From positions 1 through 61,194 of the forward strand of contig NW_026861066.1 of assembly GCF_026571515.1 (NCBI RefSeq): a DNA stretch of 61,194 nt. Reading direction: 5' to 3'. Source of the DNA: Ruditapes philippinarum (taxonomy: Eukaryota). The translations under genes were made by a program, and so were the position numbers. Positions 37,701 to 50,028 of the stretch are shown one piece after another. Each line of letters opens with the position of its first letter. Position 1 is the first letter of the stretch. The notes under the pieces are model-generated. The model was not told where the DNA came from. It did no database searches and saw nothing but the letters and a program-made list of their open reading frames with translations.

Positions 37701-40459
37701 AGTTATTTAAGCGCTTATTATTTTAGTTTGAAGATTTATATTGTGAATCTTAATATTTTGTTCTAGAACATTTTATTATCTGCTAATATATTGGGTCATG
37801 TAGCTGACAATAACAGAACAGAACAGAAACTTTATTTTCAGACTTGTACAAAATACATCGTCTACACAATACAAACAATTAAATATATTTAAGTATAAGT
37901 CACATTACATAATAATATCATAGTCAAATGTTAGCAAAGCATATGTGTTTTATTGCTTAATTTAATAATTCTGTTTAATACAAAACATATCTAAAAAATA
38001 TATATCAAAGCAAATTGTAATCTCATATTTAAAGTTAGATCATTATGCAATCAATTAACTTATTTATCTCACGCTATGTTACACAGAGGATTAACCTGAA
38101 AATTCAAACGATTTGTAGAACTTACTATTCTCATAGCTAATGCTTTCTCGTATATAACAGAGCAAGGATTACGCAAAAATAATCTTATTATCACTGATTA
38201 ATAATTCTAAAATTTTATACATACTAGGTCTAACGTAGTAAAATTTCTTAATATATAATCATATAATAATTAATAACCATCAGTCTGACACTAAATACTA
38301 TCAAATATTTCTTAATTGTATTACAGACCTTCCATTATAGACAAATTCATTTTAATGCAAAAAACTTATAAGCACTTGACTATCACCTTTGTGCATTCCT
38401 TCAAACGCCTATAGCTGTAATGCTCATTATCACTGTAACCAGTGTATTTTAAACTTACACCCCACCCCATCCATACTTTCATACACATAAATCTACTCAC
38501 TTTATAAGCCATAGGCCAGTGTATAAGATACAAATCTAGATATTTAAGGCCTAGATCATCTAAGGACTTCTTTAAGCTGGCTCGTACTAGATCCGGGCTA
38601 TGACAGGTATTCCATAACTGAAAATAAATCAAGATGAAAATTTAACATTACTCTCTCCTCTCTGGTATATGCTGATCTGGTGTATGCCTGCCATATCTGC
38701 CATATACTCTGTTAAAGAGTTCTTTTATTATGTAATTTGAACATCTCGTTCATATTAAGTGAATAATATACATGAATAATGTATAATACATAATAAGAAC
38801 ATGAATATAAAACATACAAGAATACCTTTGGCTATTTAAATAATATCTATTTAACAAAATTGTAGCTGTACATGTTGATAATCTGTATATAATAACTGTA
38901 ACTAGCTCAATAAACATTATAGAAAATTTTCTTAAATTTTTAAGGAGGCCTTTTTCACCATAGAATCTTAAAAGAATTTGACCCAAAAAGGGAAAATCAG
39001 GGAATACAAAATTACAAAAATTTTAAAGCCAAATAAAAACTGTGTTGAATTTTAAAATATTAAAATATCGCATATTGTTTAGGGAATAATTTACACTTTC
39101 TTTATTAAAAAACATAAACAGAATTTTGAATAGCCTTTAGTGAGGATCCACATTTCAAAATCTCCAAAAAACTGAAAAAGGATTAAAGCTAACTTAAATA
39201 AACAAAATTTTATATTTAATTTCAAGGTGCCGAACAAATCAAATTTCATCAGTAAGAACTAAGAAACAGGCTGGTTTACATAATTCTAGATGTCACCAGT
39301 AATAGATGTCACCAGAAAGTATCAGACTGGTTCAGACATAATACTTGATGTCACATTAGGGAGCAGACTGGTTCACATAATATTTAGTATGTACAAAACG
39401 AAGGAATGAAAAAAATATATGATACTGCATTAACCAGTGAATGCTTTTTCCAGTTTTGTATGATAGTTTTAAGTAAAAGATAAAACAAACCTTGCTAGTA
39501 ATGAATAAATCTTCTCTTGTTACTGTTCCTTCTATGATAAGTTTTTTAATGGCACTACCAACAGCTCTCTCATTCCTGTAGATTGCCGCACAGTCTAAAT
39601 GTCTGTAACCAGTCTTTACAGCATAATGAACAGCATTGAAAACATCATCATCAGTCTGTCAGAGACGAAAATCAAATACATTTACTATTGAATTTTTTAA
39701 ATAATTTGTACTTAAAATTTGTATTTATATATAAAAAATATAAAAAAAAAAAATTATTAAGGTAATATTTTAGAACTGAATTTCTCAAAAATTAAATGCA
39801 CGTGTACATGCATTTATCAAGTTAATATTAAAATTATAAATCTGAAGCAAAATGAGTGGCATATCTACCTGTAATAACCTAGCCAGTAATACATATCCCT
39901 GGCCTTGCCTACACTTAAGGAAAGCATAGCAACTTAAGGCTTTTCAAATCAAATCAAATCAAACTTTATTTATTGTCGGTATATATATATTTTCAATTGC
40001 CAAAGCTAGATTCTGAGATATTTTTGTTCTGGGTCACTCAGAATCTCTTTCTTTTATGGAACAAAATAGCAATGTGTAGTACAATTACATGTAGCTGATA
40101 TTGTAAAATCCCTGCCCTTTAGGCAAAATTTGATGATACAGCCTATTAGTATTACTTAAATTAAACTGGTAACTAAGGCACTAAAAACCACCAAAATTCA
40201 CAAAAAACAAGTTGATACACCGTATTTTTTTCTTTTCTTTATAGATGGGAACCTGGCAGTACAAATGTCTTGCTGCATAATTTATGTTTGCAATTAGATA
40301 AAAAAAAAAACTGATGGAATGATTATAGAAGCTAAGTAAAGCTGTTAAAGATATTCAAATCAATTACAAACCTCTTTTGCGCCATATGTCCCAAGACCTA
40401 ATGCAGGCATCTTTTAACCCTCCACGAAGAGTAAATACAAATTCTTTATTTGAAGACAT
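25782..40459 (-). CDS. Aldo-keto reductase family 1-like (aldose reductase-like), 10 coding exons, ~318 aa
   Basis: Exons (minus): 40459-40372, 39655-39491, 38617-38501, 37524-37447, 33047-32931, 31831-31725, 31130-31055, 30094-30011, 28060-27978, 25824-25782; all GT-AG and phase-compatible. Motifs [62 protein letters not shown]; catalytic D/Y/K/H present. One extra base in a homopolymer in exon 1 (~40412-40415). Confidence 0.92.
26085..26327. mobile_element. ~240-bp foldback MITE, copy 3 (AKR intron 9)
   Basis: Same family as 15309. Confidence 0.85.
26631..27060 (+). mobile_element. Element with terminal AGAGGATAT and a ~160-bp asymmetric hairpin; relatives at ~22880-23230 and ~50040-50411 (reverse)
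   Basis: Arms AGTGTAAGATCGGAATATATTTCACC / GGTGAAATATATTTCGATCTTACACT around CACGAGTGGCGCAGCCACGAGTG. Confidence 0.55.
28103..28345. mobile_element. ~240-bp foldback MITE, copy 4 (AKR intron 8)
   Basis: Same family as 15309. Confidence 0.85.
28376..28586. mobile_element. ~210-bp TTAA-associated MITE (CCC.TAACCTGCTG...CAGCAGGTTAAGGG); many degenerate copies
   Basis: TIRs visible; related fragments at ~3390-3520, 9680-9840, 16140-16300, 51350-51550, 55800, 57660, 59880-60040, 60395. Confidence 0.6.
29244..29432. repeat. 31-bp minisatellite x6
   Basis: Unit AATTATCAACTTGCTTTTATCCAATTTCCAT. Confidence 0.9.
31531..31564. mobile_element. 34-bp hairpin micro-insertion with near-perfect 7-bp TSD
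   Basis: ATTACAC|CAAGGTCTTTAAAA-CTTCTA-TTTGAAAGACCCTG|ATTAAAC. Confidence 0.5.
32068..32467. repeat. 31-bp minisatellite x~13 inside a short HINE-like element (~31907-32547)
   Basis: Unit GAGATATAACCTTGTACATATAAACTTATTT; flanks match the family at 29651-29946, 33565-33827 and 34512-36896. Confidence 0.9.
33088..33295. mobile_element. Foldback MITE, copy 5 (internally deleted; AKR intron 4)
   Basis: Same family as 15309; part of the right arm missing. Confidence 0.8.
34568..36694 (+). mobile_element. Complete HINE-like element with ~11 x ~165-bp satellite units, nested in a short HINE
   Basis: 5' AGGGCCAT-G-ATGGCCCT hairpin and GCTCACCTG subTIR; GGAC microsatellite near 36615; 3' hairpin AGCTCACCTTGTCAC-TTT-GTGACAGGTGAGCT. 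Confidence 0.8.
37812..38275 (-). mobile_element. 3' fragment of a non-LTR retrotransposon (CR1/L2-like)
   Basis: Minus strand reads [19 protein letters not shown]..., resembling CR1/L2 ORF2 C-termini; ends in AATAAA followed by a (TTCTG)n tail. Confidence 0.5.
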
Positions 40460-40832
40460 GGTGAAATGTCTGTTCAAACCATAAAAAATAAAGTATATAT
40501 AAAAAAGTTCAGCTTAAAAATGGCAACTTAAGTTTGCATCCAGCTGACAGTGGAATCGCACTGATTTGCAACTACAAAGAAGTTTCAAATTAAAATGTCT
40601 TTTTTTAAAGCTTCAATAAACACTTTTCAAAAAAGATAAAATTTCGTGACAACCCTTTTTAAAGTAAGGGTTTTCTGAAAAAAAACCGGTTTAAAAAAAC
40701 GGAATTTTTCATGCAAACCCTTTACCCCTGTTAAAATTAAAAAATACATTGTCCTTTTTTAAAACCCCCGGTTTTAAAATTGCGTCCCTGACGGAATTTT
40801 AATAAACCTTTTTTCTCCCCTTTTTTTCGGCA
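40460..40832. promoter_or_regulatory. Putative bidirectional promoter between AKR and SNRPC
   Basis: Divergent start codons at 40459 (-) and 40833 (+); SNRPC exon 1 is tentative. Confidence 0.4.
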
Positions 40833-43800
40833 ATGCCGAATTTTAAAAAAACATATTTTCTTTTTATTTATATATACGAAAAACTATAAATTTATTTTTC
40901 CCATAACAAAACGAAGGGGAAAAAAGGAATTGTTTAAAAGGGGTTTTTGATTTTTCGGATAGGGAAAGAAAACAATTATGAAAGGGGAAAGCCCGGAGGC
41001 CAAAACAGCTAGCTAGTGGTTTAACCTAGTGTCACGTACGGTTAGCCAGGAACACTGTTTTTGTTACCCCCGGGGGCACTTTTAAAAAAAATAAGACAAT
41101 TCACAAAACCCCCGAAAAAAATTGTTTTTTGGGGTCTGAAATTTATCCCAAATTTCAACCAAAAAAGTTTGCCACCCTTAAGGGAAAATTTGGGATTTCC
41201 GTTTAAAAGCATTCTAAAAATTTTATTTCATCCCAAATAAAAGGGTTTTTAATTTTTGGCTAATTTATTTGCTTTTTAATCCCATGTTTTTCAACCAAAA
41301 AATTTTTACATTTTGCTCCATAATTTAAAAATTTTTTCTTTTTTAAAAACTATTAAATAATTAAAAACTTTTACAAAGCCAGGATTTAGTGGGGGCGTTT
41401 ATTCTTAAATCCCAACACAAGCTTTTTAGGTGTTTTTATTTTTTACCAGTATTTTAATTTAAAAAAAAAAAAAATTTTTTTGACAAATTACAATTATGTG
41501 ATTTTATTCGGTACAATTCAACCCGGCCCCAAGTCAACCCGGCCCCAAGTCAACCCGACCCCAAGTCAACCCAGCCCCAAATTGGTCAACCCGGCCCCAA
41601 ACCAATGTTATTTCTGGTCAACCCGGCCCCATTTTTTAAAATTTATTTTGCTTTAAAATGTAAACACTTTTCAAGAAAAACAATAAAAATTAACAACAAA
41701 AACAACAACAAAAGTTTAACGAGGATATCTTTTATTATTTATTTTATATAAAAACTTTCAATATTAACAAACAAGCAACACATGCATAATTTACTGTTTT
41801 TACAATGTCCAATGTATAGTTATACAGTGTTCAATGCATAGTTCTATAATGTTCAATGTATAGTTTATTCAGGGAATATACATACACGCGCACAATTTCC
41901 TGCCTATAACACTCGCGAGAGGGGTTGGGTACTCCCCAAATAGAAATAGATAAATTCTTTAAAAGTTCGTCACAAAATCCCTAAAAAATTTTAAACACAT
42001 ACCAAAAACCCCAAATTTACTCGTCTTCTTCTTTTGCCTTTTCTACCTTATGCTATAAGTTGGGAAAACGAATTTTTCAAAAAGGGGGTTTGGCCCTAAA
42101 ATGCTGGTAAATTACTTTTAAAACCCGAAAAAATAATTTTATTTCTAAAAAAAAATATTCTCGCCCAAAAAAATGGCGGGAAACTGAAATATTAACCCCA
42201 ATCAATACAATTTTCCCTCATAAGACATTTAAAATTATTTAAAAACAAAACACTATAAATTTTCAAAAACTAAGTAAAAATTCCCAAAACTTTTTTGGGA
42301 AAAAAATTAACAAAAAAGAAACAAAAAATTAAATTTAATTTTTACGGGAAGGGAAAGTATGCAATTAAAAAAAATTCAAATAACTGAAAAAAAAAATTAT
42401 TGGAAAAATTTAATTTTATAACCCAAAACCCTTTTAATCAAAATTCTATAAAATTTTTTTCCTAATTTTCGCCAATTTAAAACTCAAAGAAAAACCCTCT
42501 TTTTTAAATTTTCATCAATTAAAAAATATGGGAAAGATTTTAAAAAAAAACATTTTTTCTTTAAAAAATAAAACCAAAATTATTTTAAGATTTGTTTTTC
42601 ACAAACATACCTTTTTTTTTTTAAAATTTATTGCTTTTAAACTTTTTAATTTAAACACACTAATTAATTTGATTAAATAATTGTTAATGCCATTAAAATT
42701 TTTTCATTATCACATTTTCGTTTTTAAAGTTTTTAATTTTTTGTGCAAATTAAAATTTTTCGACACCTTTTTTTGCCAGTTTATTTTTTTCATTGTTCTA
42801 TAGTTAATAATTTTCAATCAATAATAAATCATTTTTATTCCATCATGCAACAAAATGACTTAAATAGTTTTCTTTGAAAACTATATATTTTGGGACCGGA
42901 ATGACCGATTTTGGGGCCGCACTGACCAATGTTGGGGCCGCATTGACCAAATAAAAATACTGTGGGGCCGCATTGACCAATTTTGGGGTCAGGTTGACCA
43001 ATTTTGAGGCCGGGTTGACTTGCGGCCGGGTTTACTTGGGGCCGGGTTGACTGTAATTCGATTTTATTTGATGAGTAACTGTCAACATTACATCTGTGAA
43101 CTGTGGGTAATTTAATTTATGATGATTTATTTCAGATACTACTGTGACTATTGTGATACATACCTCACTCATGACTCTGTAAGTAATCTTCTAATCTTTT
43201 TTATCATGTAGAAGTAGAAAACCAGCATGCTTTTGTTCAAAAGTAAAGGTCTAAATAACTTGTGAGTATAAGATACTGGGTATATGATGATCGTGCACTG
43301 TCATACTGAAGTAGCAGACTATTAATACTAAAACAGCAGACATAATGAAAATACTATTATGCTGTTTGAAAGGATATATTTTATTCCTGAACCCCACAAA
43401 GTATGTTGGCACTTTGATATAATTTATGATTATTAGTCCTTAAAACACTATTGTAAATAACTTAAATGGGTATGTCCATCTTTCAGTCAGGGCATATAAA
43501 CCATATATGATCATTTTTAGCAAAAATTTCAAAATACATGTATTTATTAAATGAATAGCCAGCAGTGCAGACTATGACAGCACAGTTGTGCCAGCAGTTA
43601 ATGGTCTGCACTGGTCATATTGGTAGAATGTGTTGCACCCAGTAGGCACTTATAAATTATCATTCTCAATTATCATTCTGTGTATAAAAATTAATTTGAA
43701 AATTTTCACACGGGATGTCTTACTTTTGTGAACAAAATAATTGATAAGTTTTTATTGACTGAGTTCAAATCACTTGACCTTTAGCCACCCTGAGTTTCAA

Positions 43801-46800
43801 GCCCACTGGAGACTTCACTCTACTATGAGGACATTATCCCGCTAGCTTACAGAAGGTCATCAGTTCTCCTCAGATTCCTACAATAATGCAGGAATTAGTC
43901 TTCCTCAACCAATATTAATGCTAAAAAATTTTCATATGGTATTAGCAGTGTACAATGTGTGTGGTACTTAAAACCAAAAAAATAAGGAATATTATTTTTT
44001 ATGCCACCGCAGCATCTGCGATGCGGTGGCATATAGCGATTCACCTGTGTGTGTGTGTGTTTGTGTGTGTGTTTGTGTGTGTGTTATATAGATTATATAG
44101 TGAACTTAAAAAATCTTCTTGTGAAAAACCACTAGTCCAATTTCAACCAAACTTGGCAGGATTGTTCCTTGGGTGAAGGGCTTCCAAAGTTGTTCAAAGA
44201 ATTTCATTCCATGCAGAAATCTGGTTGCCATGGCAACCAAAAGGAATTATAAGAATAAATTTAAAAAATCTTCTTGTAAAGACCCAAAAGGCCTAGAGCT
44301 TAGATATTTTGCATAAGGCATTGTCTGGTAGACCTCTAACAAGATTGTTCAAATTATAGCCCTGGGGTCAAAATTGGCCCCGCCCCGAGGGTCATTGATT
44401 TTCACTATGTACATATAGTAAAAACTTAAAATACCTTCTTGTGAAAACCCAAAAGGCCTAGAGCTTAGATATTTTGCATAAGGCATCATCTGGTAGACCC
44501 TTACCATGATTGTTCAAATTATAGCCCTTGGGTCAAAATCGGCCCCGCCCCGGGGTCATTGATTTTCACTATATGTAAATATAGTAAAAACTTAAAACAC
44601 CTTCTTGTAAAGACCCAAAAGGCCTAGAGCTTATATATTTTGCATAAGGCATTGTCTGGTAGACCTCTACCCAGATTGTTCAAATTATAGCCCTGGGGTC
44701 AAAATTGGCCCCGCCCCGGGGGTCATTGGTTTTCCTTATATGTATATAGTAAAAAATTATAGTAAAAACTTCAAAAAAAATTCTTCTAGCAATTGACAAA
44801 TGCAAGAGGTTAGATATTTTGCATGAAACATTGTGTAGTAAACCTCTAGCAAGATTGTTCAAATTATAGCCCTGGGTCAAAATTGCCCCCGCCCTTGGGG
44901 TCATTGATTTCAATATATACATATAGTAAAAAATAAATAAATCTTATTGTCTGAAGGTGCAAGGCTTAGAGCTTTAATATTTGTTAAATTATATCATCTG
45001 AAGGTACTCTACAAAAGTTATTCAAAGTTTTGCCTCTTGTGTCAAAATTAGCCCCGCCCCCTGGTGGCCATAGTTTTCCTTATATGTATATAGTACAAAC
45101 TTAAAAAATCATCTTCTCTAAATTTACAAAGGCTAGAGTTAAGATATTTTGCATGAAACAGTGTGTAGTGAACCTCTGGCAAGATTGTTCAAATTATAGC
45201 CCTGGGGTCAAAATTGGTTCCGCCCCGGGGGTCATTGATTTTCATTATGTACATATAGTGAAAAAATAAAAAATATTTTTGTCTGAAGGTACAAGGCATA
45301 GAGCTTTGATGTTTGATATATAATATCATTTATAGGTCGTCTACCAAAGTTGTTCAAAATTTTCCCCTGGTGTCAAAATTGGCCCTGCCCGGGGGCAGTG
45401 ATTCTCATTATGTACACATAGTAAAAACAGAAAATAAAACAAATGTTTTCTGAATGGGAGAAAGCTATAGCTTAGATATTTGACTTGAAATGTTGTTTGG
45501 TGGACCTGTATCAAAATTGTTTTGAATTAAACCCTTGGGTCAAAATTATACCTTGCCCAAGGGGACAGTGACCTACTTTCTTGTCCTTTGATGTACAGCA
45601 ATGACATTTTGACCATGTGCACAATTTTAGTTGTAAAATTGAACTTTGATATCAGGTGACCTAGATTTTGATGATGTGACCTACTTTCTTGTCCTTTGGT
45701 GTACAGCTATGAAATTTGAACCATGCGGTGGCATAGCATTTTTCTCAAATGCAATCTTGTTTATCTTTACTTTTCACAGCTATAATATTTTTCTATATAT
45801 ATTACAGCCTTCTGTAAGAAAAACACATTGCAGTGGTCGTAAACATAAAGAAAATGTTAGATTATATTACCAAAAATGGCTAGAAGAACAAGTACAAAAA
45901 TTGGTGGATGACACAAGTGAGTACTCTCGCACTTATTTAAAATATTCAGATAATGAGGTATATGAAAATAATTTGTTTATTGGTTAAATGTTTTCTGTAT
46001 GGCTTCACAAACATCAAAATTAGAGTTTATAATGCATGATACTACCTCTGTTAGTTTTAAAGCGAATAATAAGCTTCATTCTTCAGCTAGTTGTTTCATT
46101 TGATTAAAAGTCTTTAGAATGTCTGTATCTGTTTATTAAACTATCCAACTGGCATGTGTGTCACAAGAAGTGATTACCTATTAACTTACAAACTTTCTTG
46201 AGATTTCTTCTTGTTGTAATTTTATTTGTCAATTGTACAGAAGCAAACCTTAGAGCAAATTTAATGACAACCTGTTTTATGCATAATGCACTTAATGTAT
46301 AATTTTTTGTGAGAATGTGTTTTTCATTTTAGATATTTACAATTACAGTGATTTATTTATTATCTATATTTTTAGCGGCTGCATTCAAGGCAGGTGTTGC
46401 AGGTCAACCCAAGCCTCCAGTGCCAGGTGCGATGCCTGGCCCACCAGCTGGTGCTATGCCAGCACCTATGGGTGGACCCATGCCAGCTCCTATGCCATTG
46501 ATGGGCCCTGGTCCTCCAGGTCCTAGACCTATGATGATGCCAGGAGGTAATGTATAATTGTGTGGAATACACATGGTTGTTTGTGAACAAGTGACATCAT
46601 TGTAGCTTTAGGTCTTATGTTGCCAGGAGTTTAATTCCTATAACAAGCTTACAAGTACTGGTACACCTCAGTAATTATGAAGTCTTGCATGTCTTTATAT
46701 CCCTGCTGCTTTGATGGGGCGAGCATATAAATTTGCCCTTGTCTGTCAAGCCGTCTGTCAGTAGACTGACAAAACTGGAATGTTGGTACATCCATGTCAT

Positions 46801-47300
46801 ATGAATACATTTCTAGTTGCTATAAGATAGAATTGCCTTATGCTTTAGGTTGTTATTTTCTCATTAGCCACAAAATATATAGCTGAGAGTTTCTGTATTT
46901 AGTTATTTACTAGGGGGAAAAATTAAGAAGAGACTTTGTCTGGATTTTATGTTGTATTTTATTATTTGTTGACTCTTTATAATCAAGCTGATTTAAAGTT
47001 GTATCATAAGGTAAAACTTTTATATAGTTTTAGATATAAGTAATTGCATCATTATATCTTTTAAAAAAATATGATAAATAGATAAACAGTTTATAAAAGA
47101 AATAATATTAAGATTTTCATTATCACATCTTGCAGGACTTGTACACAATATTGTTAAAATTATGAAATTTTGATATTATTACAGGTATGAGACCACAAAT
47201 GGTGCCAATGGGTGGCATGGGTATGGGTCCACCAATGGGAATGCAGTTCAGGGGCGGACCTCCAATGATGGGCGGGCCTCCACGTATGATGAACAGATAA
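40833..47300 (+). CDS. SNRPC: U1 small nuclear ribonucleoprotein C
   Basis: Exons: 40833-40840 (ATGCCGAA, tentative, no GT donor visible), 43136-43178, 45808-45916, 46376-46546, 47185-47300. Protein [51 protein letters not shown] (matrin-type zinc finger) plus a Pro/Met/Gly-rich tail. Confidence 0.93.
41509..43059. mobile_element. Non-autonomous DNA transposon with 9-bp TSD (Mutator-like) and tandem subterminal repeats
   Basis: GATTTTATT at 41500-41508 and 43060-43068; repeats of TCAACCCGGCCCCAAG at the left end and their reverse complement at the right end. Confidence 0.7.
43755..43930 (+). mobile_element. Degenerate SINE (Meta-domain-like)
   Basis: TGAGGACATTATCCCGCTAGCTTACAGAAGGTCATCAGTTCT...GTCTTCCTCAACCA resembles the molluscan MetaSINE core. 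Confidence 0.45.
43998..45761 (-). mobile_element. HINE-like element with ~165-bp satellite array in SNRPC intron 2
   Basis: Hairpin ATGCCACCGCAGCATCTGCGATGCGGTGGCAT, (GT)n microsatellite, ~8 core units related to those at 1-1618, subTIR GCGGTGGCATA at ~45725. Confidence 0.75.
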
Positions 47301-49398
47301 TGCTGGCAAAAATCTTTACTCATAGTTGTAGGAGTGTGAATAATTTTTACAAATTTTAAAGAGGATTGTCTTATGTAAGAAACATTTTCTTGGGAAAATT
47401 GTGTGTTTTGAGATAAAAAGTAATGTCTTTAAAATCCATTGGAAACTATTTACAAGAGAAAAAACATAGCATTAACATCATTGTTAACATTATGTTGTGT
47501 ATTTCAAGTTGACATTTTATTATAGGCCACATTTTGTATCATTAAGGTTTCTTCAAATTGTTTTTACATTGTTCATTTCTTGTACGATTCCTTTAAAAGG
47601 CTTGACTGAAAAAGTTCATCTTGTCATGGAAACTTATGTGTCTGTTTTTTACAACTTTTCTTATTTACCCATTCTCACATGACATTTGAATTCATTGTTT
47701 TTGTAAGTCACTCTTGGGCAGATTACCATAATACAGGTCATAAAATGAGACTCATTTGTGTGTGTACAGTTCAGCAAATCATTGTTTAAAATTCATGTAG
47801 ATCTGAGTGATGCAAGATTCTTTAAACGCCATAGTTTGTTTTTAAATGTCCGACAAGAGCAAACTCTGTTACATGAAATATATTATTTCTGTTGTAAATT
47901 TTTGTACTAAATATGTGCAATTAAAGTATTAAAATCTCTATCTTTGTTCCGATTTCACAAATTAAAAAAACTTTAAGCCCTTTGCCTGCTAGTGGAAACT
48001 GAGCAGCTAGCCATGTGACCGGTGATGAAGTATACCCAAATTCAGTAATACCGGAGATACTTTGTCCACACCGTGAATAAAAGATGATTAAAATTGGTAG
48101 TTAACTAATGTAAGTGTTTGAAATCAATTTTTGTCCAAAAGGATTGCAGTATTTCAAGTGAATCGTAACACATTTACTTTGGTAAATCGACAAACTATTA
48201 ATTAGTCTAGTAAATCAACTGTTATATGAGTATAAAGCCTGGTCAGATTGCTAGCCTAGGTTGATCATGCTGGCCTGGCAAAGGCTTATGGCAGTAGATT
48301 AAAATTTACGAGTGGCAAAAATCAATAGACTTTTAACTGAAAATTGAGAAGTGGACCCCTAATAAAAGAATTTGAAACTTGGCTGGATTAACCTGTTGCG
48401 TAAAAAGATTTCCGGAACTTGGTGAATGTGGGTTTTTCCCAGCCAATCTGTAGGTACAAAATAACTTTTACAGTTAAAGCTTCACGGTGCACTACCTGTC
48501 ACAATAGATAAGTTGACCTGTTTCGCTTACTTTCAGAGTAACTAAAAGTTTGTTTGTACCTATGTTATTAACTTGAAAACCCCAAATATTCTTACATGTA
48601 ATTCAGGAGTTTAGTTTATTGAAATCTTATTTCTGTACTGATTAACTGATTGCCGAGAAAATACCAAATACACAGGCTATGATACGAATTTGTTAAGGTG
48701 TTAACAATATATCTAAGTGAAAAACCTGCTTGCTTTTGTGTCACCTGACTTTTCAAGAACCGTAATTAACTTGTACCTTAGAGCTTGATAGTATAATAAT
48801 AGCCATGCAGGATTTACGAAAATCCACAAGAGGAATAATTCAGTAAAAACAATGTAAGTTTTATGGGTCTGAAATCTACTTCTTTATACTCAAACATTTA
48901 AGTATAGCAACTTTTAGTGCTTTAAGAATTGAAGTTTTATGCAAAACCTTCACCATAAGCAACACTTACCCATAACCTGTTGGGACTAGATAATTGGCCA
49001 TTGCCGTCGGTATTGTCTGGCAAAACTGCATTTTTGTTCACTCTAACCAGGCTCAATACTGTTGGGATTTTTGTATTTTGTTATTTAAAGGGTATAGAAA
49101 TATTTTTATAAAATTTATCAGCAGTAAATTTATATTAATCCATAATCTTATAGTCGATTCTCGAAAGATATGAAACAAAACTTGAGTTCGTTATTTAACA
49201 CACATGCATAGTGTACGTAAACGGAATAAAATGTTCCAGAACAAAATATTATTCTGCTATATCAATTAGGGTTTTATCTGTTTAACAATGGTTTTGTGTA
49301 TGCGCCATTCACTTGCGGCAATTTACTACCATATTTATTTTATCCAAGTAGTTTGGATGTATTCCTTTTAAAAACTAATAATTTCTGCAGCAGATATA

Positions 49399-50028
49399 CT
49401 GGTTTCATAGTAGTTTCCGGCCACAAATCGCACTTTTGAACAAATAAAATAAACATCAGTCTACGGAGGGGTTCAAAACTTTGACAGGACAAAGTTAGGT
49501 ACCTGTCGAGCATTGCCATGTGTTTAATGTTGCACTTTCATTTTACTTTTTAATGTGAATATAGGCCTGAAACATAACACCTTTTTTCACCTTTATTCAA
49601 AAATTCATAGCAGTTTTCCGGACCTTTTTTATTTTGAATATAATTCAGTACCATAAAGCAATGTTAATTTAATTTTATCAGACAAACAGAACTTCCCAAC
49701 CTTTTCCGTGTCGTCTGCAAAAATATTTTCCGAATTAATGATTTACCTAAAATGGGGTCTTAGTTATTGCGCAAGGATATTCAAACTAGAACTCCCCAGG
49801 TGTTGCTTATTTTTGAAAGTCGCAAGTTCTCATATGTAACTTTAAATAACAGGCAAAACTTCAAACATAAATAGTTGTACTATTTTAAATGCTGTTAAGC
49901 ATAGAAAACAAATGTCTCTCTGATTGATGAAGTAATGTGGATGACTTACTGGAAAAAATAGACTGTACTGGGCGAAAATGATTAACGGCCGGAAAACTGC
50001 TAGGGGACGGAAACTGCTAGGAAACCAG
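49399..50028. mobile_element. TA-flanked MITE
   Basis: TA|CTGGTTTCATAGTAGTTTCCG...CGGAAACTGCTAGGAAACCAG|TA. Confidence 0.75.

Noticed and set aside
40372-40459. AKR as a pseudogene
   Set aside because: The only lesion is one homopolymer base beside a low-quality region; the other nine exons and catalytic residues are intact
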